Part shown: in pieces, positions 10,067 to 18,068 of the stretch
Layout: each line of letters begins with the position of its first letter
How positions within the stretch are numbered: the first letter of the stretch is position 1
NCBI GenBank assembly: GCA_963826225.1
Contig: CAWGWF010000001.1
Location: 988,391 to 1,052,390, forward strand
Reading direction: 5' to 3'
DNA from: an uncultured Chloroflexia bacterium
Lineage (GTDB): Bacteria; Chloroflexota; Limnocylindria; Limnocylindrales; CSP1-4
DNA length: 64,000 bases
Position numbers and translations under genes: made by a program
The notes under the pieces: generated by a model
Seen by the model: only the letters and a program-made list of their open reading frames with translations
Databases searched by the model: none
Told to the model about the DNA's origin: nothing

Positions 10067-10711
10067 TCAGCCGCGCTTGACCACCACGGTGGCGGCCTGG
10101 ACGTCGTGGAACCCCTGGCGCTTGGGGCTCTGCGACACGCTGTACAGCAGGTAGAGGGCGTAGCCGATGGCCAGCAGGCCCACCAGGGACCCGAGGACAC
10201 CCAGCACACCCGGCGCGTAGCCGAGGGCCGATCCCAGGGCGAAGGGGCCGAACAGGAAGGCCCAGCGGCGGATCGCCTGGTCGCGGGTGAGCGTGGCACC
10301 GTCTGCTGCGTTGACCGTCTCGAGGCTGAGCATCTTCTGGCCCGGGGACGCGCGCATCGTGGTCCAGAAGTAGACGAAGTAGATCGCGCTGCCCACGAGA
10401 CTGAGCGCCACGAGGAGCACGGTCCCGATCAGCTCGACGACCCCGCCGCCCGCGAAGATGCCCACGACGATGATGCTGCCGAGCACCACGGCCACGATGA
10501 AGAAGATGATGGAGTCGATGATGTACGCGACGATGCGCATCACCAGGTCTGCGTAGGTGACGCCCGGCGCCGGGCCCGCGGCCACCGGCGCCCCGAACCC
10601 GCCGGGCGCCGGCGCCTGGGGCGGGGCCTGCCACCCGGCCTGGACGGGCGGCGGCGCGGGCGCCTCACCCGGATCTCCCGGGGCGGGGGGCCCACCAACA
10701 GGTTCCGTCAT
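10067..10711 (-). CDS. RDD family membrane protein with a Pro-rich N-terminus
   Basis: The C-terminal 150 aa has the RDD architecture (YADLVMRIVAYIIDSIIF ... SPGQKMLSL ... RQGFHDVQAATVVV). I chose the ATG at 10711. The longer ORF that reaches 11221 is low-complexity shadow sequence. Confidence 0.65.
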   Translation of the reverse strand: MTEPVGGPPAPGDPGEAPAPPPVQAGWQAPPQAPAPGGFGAPVAAGPAPGVTYADLVMRIVAYIIDSIIFFIVAVVLGSIIVVGIFAGGGVVELIGTVLLVALSLVGSAIYFVYFWTTMRASPGQKMLSLETVNAADGATLTRDQAIRRWAFLFGPFALGSALGYAPGVLGVLGSLVGLLAIGYALYLLYSVSQSPKRQGFHDVQAATVVVKRG

Positions 10712-10967
10712 CCGAACACCTCCCTCGCCGGCGTCATCCGCGCCGCATTGGCGGAGGATACGACCGACGACTCGCCCCCGGAGGCCTGTTCCGCATTCGC
10801 ACCGTGCGCCGAGGTGGAATGTGAATCGGGAGAGTGAACGGACCCTGCCCCGCACATGAAACGGGACGATGTCGCCGGCCCGGGCGGCGGTGTTCACGAT
10901 CGGCGGTTCCATGTCATCATCTGCTCGCCCATCGGCGTCTCGCCATGCCTCGAGGAGTGAACCACCG

Positions 10968-11282
10968 ATGCGAATCCGCGCAGCGAAGCTCGAGGAGCTC
11001 GTGCCGAAACCGAGAGAGCGCGCCCTGTCACCCCGCCAGCTCGCCGCCCTGCAGCGCGAGGACGAGATCCGCAAGGCGCTGGCCAGGCTCCGATCGGAGG
11101 AGGACGTGATCGCGGTGGAGCTCGATCCGCCGGAGAAGATCCCGACCATGCGCGCGGCGGTGAAGAAGGCGATCGCGGCCCACAAGCCGGGCACCAACAT
11201 GGCGATCCGCGGCCGGACCATCTACCTGTCCACGGGCAAGCTGCCGGGCGGCCGCCGGGGCCGGCGCCCGAAGGCCGGCTGA
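10968..11282 (+). CDS. Hypothetical small basic protein
   Basis: An ATG preceded by GAGGAG (RBS) and GC3-biased codons. There is a K/R-rich C-terminus and no recognised domain. Confidence 0.35.
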   Translation: MRIRAAKLEELVPKPRERALSPRQLAALQREDEIRKALARLRSEEDVIAVELDPPEKIPTMRAAVKKAIAAHKPGTNMAIRGRTIYLSTGKLPGGRRGRRPKAG

Positions 11283-11361
11283 CGGCGACGCGGCACCACG
11301 TCGCACCGGGCAGTCCCCGCCCGTCTCTCGGGCGGCCAGTCCCGCCTCGGAGCCGGATCGC

Positions 11362-12300
11362 ATGACCTCCTCCCGCCCGCATCGCCGCCGCCGCCGGCGG
11401 TACGCCGTCGTCGCGGTGCTGGCCGCCGCGGCGCTGCTCGGGATCCTCGCCCTGTGGTCCAACGTCCTGGGGGTGGGCGACCGTCTGGCCGGTGTCGCCC
11501 ATCGGATCGAGCTGATCGTGGATCCACCGCCGGACCGGCCGATCGAGGCGGAGGTGCGGGTCACGCCGCGGCCGGTCCCCACGCCGGCGGGAACCGTGAC
11601 CCCGGTGCCGTCGCCCACCGGCTCCGCTGATCCAGCGGCGCCTGCGCCCGCGCCGTCCGCGACGCCCAGACCCACGCCGGAGCGCGCGAGCGTGGACGTG
11701 ACGCTGCTGCGTCGTCCCGAGCGCTGGTTCATCAGCCAAACAGACAAGGATTGGTGCGCGGTGGCCGGCACGCAGATGGTGTTGGCGATCCATGGCCGTG
11801 CACCGCTGACCGCCGCCTTCCAGCGGGAGCTGGCGTCCCGGATCGATGAGTGGGAGAGCCGGCGCGACAGCCACAACGGCGGCTGGGGCCCGGCCGCGAT
11901 GGTCGGGGCCCTGGAGGCGCACGGAGTGCACGGCTACGAGGTCCGCGCCTACGACCGACGCTCGGACGCGCTACGTGATGCCGCGGTCGCGATCTCCACC
12001 TATCACGCGCCGGTGATCCTGCTCACCTGGAAAGGGGCGCACACCTGGGTGATGACCGGCTACCGTGCGGACGGCGATCCCACGGTGTTCGACGACGCCC
12101 GCGTCACCGGGACCTACATCCTCGACCCCTGGTACCCGCGCGTGTCCTCGATCTGGGGTCCCTCGGACCCGGCCGGGACGTTCCAGGACGGCGCCGAGAT
12201 GCGCCGCAACTACCTGCCCTGGAAACGACCCGAGGGCAAGTACCCGAGCCGCGACGGCCTGTTCATCGCGGTCATGCCGACGGTACCGCTGGACCGCTGA
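11362..12300 (+). CDS. Membrane-anchored secreted protein with a possible C39-like cysteine-peptidase fold
   Basis: Arg-rich N-terminus plus a TM anchor, then a Pro/Thr/Ala linker. The C-terminal domain has a candidate Cys (DKDWCAVAGTQMV) and His (GAHTWVMTGY). The 3' end overlaps murJ convergently by 29 bp. Confidence 0.55.
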   Translation: MTSSRPHRRRRRRYAVVAVLAAAALLGILALWSNVLGVGDRLAGVAHRIELIVDPPPDRPIEAEVRVTPRPVPTPAGTVTPVPSPTGSADPAAPAPAPSATPRPTPERASVDVTLLRRPERWFISQTDKDWCAVAGTQMVLAIHGRAPLTAAFQRELASRIDEWESRRDSHNGGWGPAAMVGALEAHGVHGYEVRAYDRRSDALRDAAVAISTYHAPVILLTWKGAHTWVMTGYRADGDPTVFDDARVTGTYILDPWYPRVSSIWGPSDPAGTFQDGAEMRRNYLPWKRPEGKYPSRDGLFIAVMPTVPLDR

Positions 12301-13624
12301 CCGGGCTCCGGAGCCGGCGCACGACGGCCCCGACCAGCAGGATCGTCTTGGCGGCGGAGCCCGCCGCGAAGCCCAGCGGGATCGCCAGCACCCCCGCAGG
12401 TTCGACGAGCGCGAGCGTGATCCCGACCGTCACGCCGAAGCCGGCCAGCGAGGCGAGCACGGCCAGGATCGTGTTGTGGGTCGAGTACACGGACCGCGCC
12501 AGCAGGTGGCCGAGCGCCTCGAACGGCACGGACAGCGCGAACGCGGCGAGGATTCCCGCCGTGAGCGCGACGTCGTCGGGGCCGAACTCCCCGCCGCCCA
12601 GCAGGACGTCGATCGCGATCGGCCCCACGATCACGAGGCCGACGGCGGCTGCCACGGTGACGACCGCGATCGTCGTCGCGTTGGTCCTCACGAGGCGCCG
12701 GAAGCCGGCCCGGTCCCCGGTCGCCCAGGCTGCCGAAAGCGCCGGGAACGCCGCCACCGAGATGGCGACGCCGATCAGCGACACGGGCACGCTCTGGAAG
12801 TTGCGCGCGAAGCTGACGGCCGTGACGCTGCCGGCCGCGAGCGTGGTGGCGACCGCGGTGAAGAACAGGAACGTCAGGGGCTCGATCGGATGGGCGAGCA
12901 TCTTGGGCAGCATCAGGCGCCCGAACTCGCGCAGCTCGGGCATCCGCAGGTCCAGGCGGGGCCGCAGCCGGATGGAGGTCCGCCGGATCCCCACCAGGCG
13001 GATGCCCAGGTGCAGCAGCGCGCCCGCGACCGCGCCGACGGCGGCGGCGCGAATGCCGATCGAGTCGTGGAGCAGCACGGTCCCCGCGACGATGCCGGCG
13101 TTGTACAGGATCGGCGCCAGCGCGTAGAACAGGAAGCGACGCTCGGCGACCAGGATCTCGCCCAGCGTGATCGAGGCCGCGAACAGGATCGGCGTGGCGA
13201 GCATCAGCTGGAACAGCTCGAGATACCGGGCCCGCTGGGCGGGATCGAAGCCCGGAGCCACGAGGTCCGCCGTCGCGGGCGCCACCGCGAGCAGCACCAG
13301 GCACGCCGCCGCCATCACGGCGACCGCGAGCGTGAGCACGGTCTGGGCGAACCGGGTGGCCGCGGCGGCATGGTCGCGCCGCAGGGTGCTGAAGATGGGC
13401 ACGAACGGGGCCGTCAGCCCGCTCGCGACCAGCACGTCGAGGGCGAGCTCCGGGAGCACGAACGCGGCGTTGTAGGCGTCCAGCTCCGCGCCCGCCCCGT
13501 ACGTCCGCGCGAACACGCGGTCGCGGACGAGGCCCATCGCGTAGCTGGCGAAGGTCAGCACCGACAGCAGCACCGCGCCCTGGGGCAGGAAGCGCGCGAC
13601 GAGCGACCGGCTGTAGCTGACCAC
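12272..13624 (-). CDS. murJ: Lipid II flippase MurJ/MviN
   Basis: A 14-TM MOP-superfamily profile (MGLVRDRVFARTYGAG ... LMLPKML). The GTG start at 13624 is preceded by GGAGGAG. Confidence 0.8.
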   Translation of the reverse strand: MVSYSRSLVARFLPQGAVLLSVLTFASYAMGLVRDRVFARTYGAGAELDAYNAAFVLPELALDVLVASGLTAPFVPIFSTLRRDHAAAATRFAQTVLTLAVAVMAAACLVLLAVAPATADLVAPGFDPAQRARYLELFQLMLATPILFAASITLGEILVAERRFLFYALAPILYNAGIVAGTVLLHDSIGIRAAAVGAVAGALLHLGIRLVGIRRTSIRLRPRLDLRMPELREFGRLMLPKMLAHPIEPLTFLFFTAVATTLAAGSVTAVSFARNFQSVPVSLIGVAISVAAFPALSAAWATGDRAGFRRLVRTNATTIAVVTVAAAVGLVIVGPIAIDVLLGGGEFGPDDVALTAGILAAFALSVPFEALGHLLARSVYSTHNTILAVLASLAGFGVTVGITLALVEPAGVLAIPLGFAAGSAAKTILLVGAVVRRLRSPVSGPAVPSA

Positions 13625-13641
13625 GTGCTCCTCCGGGGGCG

Positions 13642-13740
13642 GGTTCGGCGCGGCTGTGACGCGCGGTGCCCGCCGGGTGGGACGGTACCGGGTCGGGCGA
13701 CCGTTGGCGACGGAACCGGGCCCGCATCCTGCGCGGTCCC
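13642..13740 (+). repeat. Copy A of a roughly 100-nt direct-repeat element
   Basis: The core ttcggcgcggctgtgacgcgcggtgcccgccgggtgggacggtaccgg ... gggcccgcatcctgcgcgg aligns at about 85-90% identity with copy B at 17941-18047. It lies in the divergent intergenic region between murJ and the repeat-protein gene. Confidence 0.7.
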
Positions 13741-14032
13741 CGGTCCTGCCCTCGGGTCGTTGACCCGTCGCACCGGCAAACGTCACCGACGCACGGGGGC
13801 GACGTCACCGCAGGCACCCCCGGCCACCTCGACCGCACATCGCACCGTGACCAACGTCCGGGGGTCGCCCGGGACCCCGCCCGGTGCGCGCACCGCACGG
13901 GGCGGTGCACCCGGGAACATGGTCCCATCGTGCGGCTGGTACGAGCGCCCGGACAGCCCGACTCTGGCGGTGCGTACCGGGGGGACGCCACGTCGGCCGG
14001 AGCCGGCGCGCCACCACCGCCGGGGGTTGAAG

Positions 14033-15421
14033 ATGCACAGGGCCACGCTCCACAGGGGACCGATCGCGATCTCGCTCGCGCTGGCGGCTGCCATCTCGGT
14101 GGGCGTCTGGCCGACGGCCCCGTCGACCGCGATCGCGGCGCCGGGCGATCCGATCCTGGACGTCGAGCTCGACGTCGCGAGCGTCGTCGTGGGTGCCACG
14201 GTCCAGCTCACCGCGACGATCCACGGTGCAGACGGGAGCCTGCTGACGGGTCCGTCGACAAACACCCAGGTCCGCTTCGACTTCCTCCCGGGCAGCGCAA
14301 ACGCGCCCGTTGGTGGGGGCGGGGCGGACATGCGGTGCCACACCGGCCTGGTCGGCACCTGCACCGTGAGCTACGTGGCGGCCGCCGTCGGCACGGACGT
14401 CATCTGCGCGAGGACGACGAACGGCAGCGACACGTGCTTGGAGGATGTCGCCGCCCCCGAACGGGTCGATGCCTTCGACACCGTGCAGCGGACGGTCGTG
14501 GCCGCCGACCCGACGCCCGCACCCGACGCCGACCCGACGCCCGCACCCGACGCCGACCCGACGCCCGCACCCGACGCCGACCCGACGCCCGCGCCCGACG
14601 CCGACCCGACGCCCGCGCCCGACGCCGACCCGACGCCCGCGCCCGACGCCGACCCGACGCCCGCGCCCGACGCCGACCCGACGCCCGCGCCCGACGCCGA
14701 CCCGACGCCCGCGCCCGACGCCGACCCGACGCCCGCGCCCGACGCCGACCCGACGCCCGCGCCCGACGCCGACCCGACGCCCGCGCCCGACGCCGACCCG
14801 ACGCCCGCGCCCGACGCCGACCCGACGCCCGCGCCCGACGCCGACCCGACGCCCGCGCCCGACGCCGACCCGACGCCCGCGCCCGACGCCGACCCGACGC
14901 CCGCGCCCGACGCCGACCCGACGCCCGCGCCCGACGCCGACCCGACGCCCGCGCCCGACGCCGACCCGACGCCCGCGCCCGACGCCGACCCGACGCCCGC
15001 GCCCGACGCCGACCCGACGCCCGCGCCCGACGCCGACCCGACGCCCGCACCCGACGGCAGCCAGGACCCGAAGACGGCCCTGGTGCTCCCCGTTGGCGAG
15101 GGCGGGCCCTCCGGTCCGCGCAGCTCCGGCGATGGCCCGGCCGGGCCGCGCAGCGACAGCATGGTTGGTCCGGCACCGGGGCTGCAGCCCGATGGGCCCT
15201 CCTCCGCCCTGGGCATCGCGCTCGAGGGCGCGGCGCGGCTCTTCCGGCCGGAGGTTGCGGCGACCGTCGCCACGGTCTTCGGGTTCCCGATCCTCCTTGC
15301 GCTGCTCGTCCTGCTGTTCCTGCTCGTGCAGTCCCGGGTTGACCACCGGGACCCGAAGCTCCGGGCAGCGCCGCTGACGCTGGCCGACACGCTCGTCCCG
15401 TTCGCGGATGACGCACCGTGA
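14033..15421 (+). CDS. Secreted, membrane-anchored surface protein with 23 tandem DPTPAPDA octapeptide repeats
   Basis: Signal peptide (ISLALAAAISVGVWP...AIAAP) followed by an N-terminal domain of about 120 aa. Then 23 copies of DPTPAPDA, a Gly/Pro/Ser-rich segment, and a C-terminal TM helix (VFGFPILLALLVLLFLLV) with a short tail. The stop overlaps the start of the downstream GGDEF-EAL gene (ATGA). Confidence 0.75.
   Translation: MHRATLHRGPIAISLALAAAISVGVWPTAPSTAIAAPGDPILDVELDVASVVVGATVQLTATIHGADGSLLTGPSTNTQVRFDFLPGSANAPVGGGGADMRCHTGLVGTCTVSYVAAAVGTDVICARTTNGSDTCLEDVAAPERVDAFDTVQRTVVAADPTPAPDADPTPAPDADPTPAPDADPTPAPDADPTPAPDADPTPAPDADPTPAPDADPTPAPDADPTPAPDADPTPAPDADPTPAPDADPTPAPDADPTPAPDADPTPAPDADPTPAPDADPTPAPDADPTPAPDADPTPAPDADPTPAPDADPTPAPDADPTPAPDADPTPAPDADPTPAPDGSQDPKTALVLPVGEGGPSGPRSSGDGPAGPRSDSMVGPAPGLQPDGPSSALGIALEGAARLFRPEVAATVATVFGFPILLALLVLLFLLVQSRVDHRDPKLRAAPLTLADTLVPFADDAP
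14507..15058 (+). repeat. Tandem repeat, 23 copies of a 24-bp unit (gacccgacgcccgcgcccgacgcc), inside the CDS
   Basis: Direct inspection: the 19 internal copies are 100% identical. The first three copies and the last copy differ at a single synonymous position (gca instead of gcg). The last copy ends in ggc. Confidence 0.95.
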
Positions 15422-17916
15422 CGGCGGATCGGGCGAGGACCGACTACGCGATCCTCGGTGACCGGCTTCGCTACCTCCTGGGCCTGCGGTTCGCGCTTGC
15501 CGCCGTCACCATCGGCCTCGGGCTGGCGAGCCCCGCGACGCTCGGCGTTCCACTCCCGTCGCTGGTCACGACGGCGATCGCCTACCTGGGCCTGGCCCTC
15601 GCAATGGAATGGGTCGGCTGGCGATGGCCGAAGGCCACGTTCGCCACGATGACGGTCATGCTCCTGGTCGACGGGCTGTTCCTCGCCGCCACGATGTACG
15701 CGACGGGCGGAAGCGGGAGCCCGATGCGCTTCCTTGTCTACCTCCATCTCGTCGCCGTGACCCTGCTCGCCTCGTACCGGACGGGGCTCAAGATCGCACT
15801 CTGGCACTCGCTCCTGCTGTTCGTCGTGCTGTACGCACAGGCGGCGGCCCTGCTGCCGCCTGTGGAAGTGCTGCCAGGCCGGGCTATCGAGCTCCAGGGC
15901 ACGCCGGCCCTCAACGTCACGGCCTTCTGGCTGTTCGCCCTGGCGACGGCGGTGTTCTCGGCGCTCAACGAACGCGAGCTCCGCCAGCGACGCACCGACT
16001 TGGAGACGCTCGTCGCCGTTGGCTCGCGACTCGACGATGAGGGCGATCCGATCCACCAGGCGCAGATCGTCCTGGAGGCGCTTGCCGAGCGCTACGGCTT
16101 TGTCCGTGGCGTCGTCCTCGGCGCATCCGACGACCGGCTGCTCGCCCTGGGCTCGTTCGGCATGCCATTCACGCAGCATGGGCAGCCGCTGCCCGTGGAC
16201 CCGATCGTGGAGCGAGTGTGGGCGACGCGTGCCCCGCTGGCCGTGCGACGGCTGAACGCGGACCGCGACCCGGTCGTGGCAGGGCTGCTGCCCGAGGCGA
16301 GGAACGTCATCGTCGCGCCGATGTTCGCCGATGGCCGACCGGTGGGCGCCGTCATCCTCGAGCGGCCCGGCCGGGCAGTGGCCGGGATCGAGCGCCGGAT
16401 CATGAGCGTCGTCGCCCAGCTCGCGTCGATCGCGGCGCTGAACCTGCGCAACGCCGTGCTGCTCAAGCGGGTCCAGGACCTGGCCGAGCGAGACTCACTC
16501 ACGGGCGCCGCGAACCGGTATTCGTTCCAGGCCAGCCTCAAGCGCGTGCTCGACGATGGCCAGGAGCCGGACCGGATCTCGGCGGTCCTGTTCATCGATC
16601 TCGACGACTTCAAGATCGTCAACGACAGCCTCGGTCACGCGGCAGGCGACGAGCTCCTGGTGGCGGTGACGCGGCGCATCTCGTCGCTCGTCCGTGACGA
16701 CGACCTCGTGGCCCGGTTGGGGGGCGACGAGTTCGCCGTCCTGACGCACGACCAGCCAGACCTGCGGCGCTCGCGCGCGATGGCCGAGCGCCTGGTGCGC
16801 GACCTCCGCGCGCCGTACCTGGTGGCCGGTCAGCCGGTGTCCATCTCGGCCAGCATCGGCATCGCCGGCGCCCGGGACGCGATCGACGGTGCCGGCGACA
16901 TGGTCCGCAATGCAGACGTCGCGATGTACATGGCAAAGGCCGGCGGCAAGGCAGGCTTCGCCATCTTCGATCCAGGCATGCACCAGGCGATCCGGGAGCG
17001 GCACGAGCTGGCGCTGGAGCTCAAGCAGGCGGTCGACCTCCAGCAGTTGGTCCTTCGCTACCAGCCCATCATCGACCTCGCCACCAACCGCCTGGCAGGC
17101 GTCGAGGCGCTCGTTCGCTGGCGGCACCCCGAGCGCGGGCTCATCCCGCCCGGCCAGTTCATCGAGATCGCCGAGGAGGCTGGCTCGATCCTGCCGATCG
17201 GCCGCTGGGTGCTCCGCGAGGCCTGCCGCCAGGCGGCGGCATGGGGGGCGCAGGCCTCGACCCCGGCGGACATGTTCGTCGGCGTCAACGTATCGGCCCG
17301 TGAAGTCCAGGAGCAGGGGTTCATCGAGGGTGTCCGGGAGGCGCTGTCCGATCACGGCGTCGCCGCGTCGCGGCTGGTCATCGAGATCACCGAGACAGCC
17401 CTGCTGCGGGCGACGCCGACGACGGTCGAGACGCTCCAGGACCTGCGTGACCTGGGGGTGCGGGTGGTCATCGACGACTTCGGCACCGGGTACTTCTCGC
17501 TGAGCCACCTTCGCCAGTTCCCTGTCGACGCCCTGAAGATCGCGGGCGAGTTCACGCAGGAAGGCGAGTCGGAGACCGCGACCCGCTCGTCTGCGCTGGC
17601 GGCGGCGATCGTCGCGATGGCCCGATCGCTGGGCATCGACACCGTGGCTGAGGGTATCGAGACGCCGGCCCAGGCCGAGCGGATGCGATCGCTCCGCTGC
17701 ACCTACGGCCAGGGGTTCCACTTCGCCCATCCGATGCTGGCCGACGAGATTCCGGCTGCGGCACGGGGCGTCGAGGCGGCCCTGGCGGAGGCGGCCGCGG
17801 AGGCCGAGGTGATGGCCGAGATGGAGGCCGGGCGCGCCACGACCCCGCGTTCGCGTCGCCGCGCGTCGGCACGGCGGACTGGGCAGCCCGCGGCCACGCG
17901 AGCGGCACCCGCCTGA
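15418..17916 (+). CDS. Membrane-bound GAF-GGDEF-EAL protein (c-di-GMP cyclase/phosphodiesterase)
   Basis: Six predicted N-terminal TM helices and a GAF-like region. The GGDEF motif (RLGGDEFAV) and the EAL motif (EALVRW ... DDFGTGYSS-like) are both intact. Confidence 0.9.
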   Translation: MTADRARTDYAILGDRLRYLLGLRFALAAVTIGLGLASPATLGVPLPSLVTTAIAYLGLALAMEWVGWRWPKATFATMTVMLLVDGLFLAATMYATGGSGSPMRFLVYLHLVAVTLLASYRTGLKIALWHSLLLFVVLYAQAAALLPPVEVLPGRAIELQGTPALNVTAFWLFALATAVFSALNERELRQRRTDLETLVAVGSRLDDEGDPIHQAQIVLEALAERYGFVRGVVLGASDDRLLALGSFGMPFTQHGQPLPVDPIVERVWATRAPLAVRRLNADRDPVVAGLLPEARNVIVAPMFADGRPVGAVILERPGRAVAGIERRIMSVVAQLASIAALNLRNAVLLKRVQDLAERDSLTGAANRYSFQASLKRVLDDGQEPDRISAVLFIDLDDFKIVNDSLGHAAGDELLVAVTRRISSLVRDDDLVARLGGDEFAVLTHDQPDLRRSRAMAERLVRDLRAPYLVAGQPVSISASIGIAGARDAIDGAGDMVRNADVAMYMAKAGGKAGFAIFDPGMHQAIRERHELALELKQAVDLQQLVLRYQPIIDLATNRLAGVEALVRWRHPERGLIPPGQFIEIAEEAGSILPIGRWVLREACRQAAAWGAQASTPADMFVGVNVSAREVQEQGFIEGVREALSDHGVAASRLVIEITETALLRATPTTVETLQDLRDLGVRVVIDDFGTGYFSLSHLRQFPVDALKIAGEFTQEGESETATRSSALAAAIVAMARSLGIDTVAEGIETPAQAERMRSLRCTYGQGFHFAHPMLADEIPAAARGVEAALAEAAAEAEVMAEMEAGRATTPRSRRRASARRTGQPAATRAAPA

Positions 17917-17940
17917 CAGTCAGCAGTCGGCGTCTCACCG

Positions 17941-18047
17941 GTTTCGGCGCGCCTGTGACGCGCGGTGCCCCCGAGTGGGCCGGTACCGGCCCTGGTGGGC
18001 CGGGCGTGACGTGAAGGGGCCCCGCATCCGGCGGATGCGGGGCCCGG
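17941..18047 (+). repeat. Copy B of the roughly 100-nt direct-repeat element, ending in a GC-rich hairpin
   Basis: It contains ttcggcgcgcctgtgacgcgcggtgcccccgagtgggccggtaccgg and ends with the palindrome gggccccgcatccggcggatgcggggccc (18017-18045). It is in the same orientation as copy A and lies between the convergent genes. Confidence 0.7.
18017..18045. terminator. Bidirectional intrinsic terminator-like hairpin
   Basis: A near-perfect 13-14 bp GC-rich palindrome between the convergent stop codons at 17916 and 18069. There is no strong U-tract, which is usual for high-GC actinobacteria. Confidence 0.5.
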
Positions 18048-18068
18048 GTGGGTCGAGGTGGGGGATCG

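Noticed and set aside
13642-13740. c-di-GMP (GEMM) riboswitch upstream of the GGDEF-EAL module
   Set aside because: There is no match to GEMM-I or GEMM-II conserved nucleotides. The element also recurs downstream of the operon in the same orientation. That fits a generic repeat or terminator element better than a 5' riboswitch.
14507-15058. Possible CRISPR array
   Set aside because: These are perfect tandem 24-bp units with no spacers. They lie inside a protein-coding frame and there are no cas genes. This is a coding tandem repeat.
13805-16179. Alternative-frame ORFs (13805-15346 minus, 14371-16179 minus, 13666-15342 plus) that translate the tandem repeat as GVGRGRRV, GAGVGSAS or RRPDARAR
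   Set aside because: They are the other reading frames of the 24-bp repeat. Only the 14033-15421 plus frame has a signal peptide, a TM anchor and a stop that overlaps the downstream gene's start.
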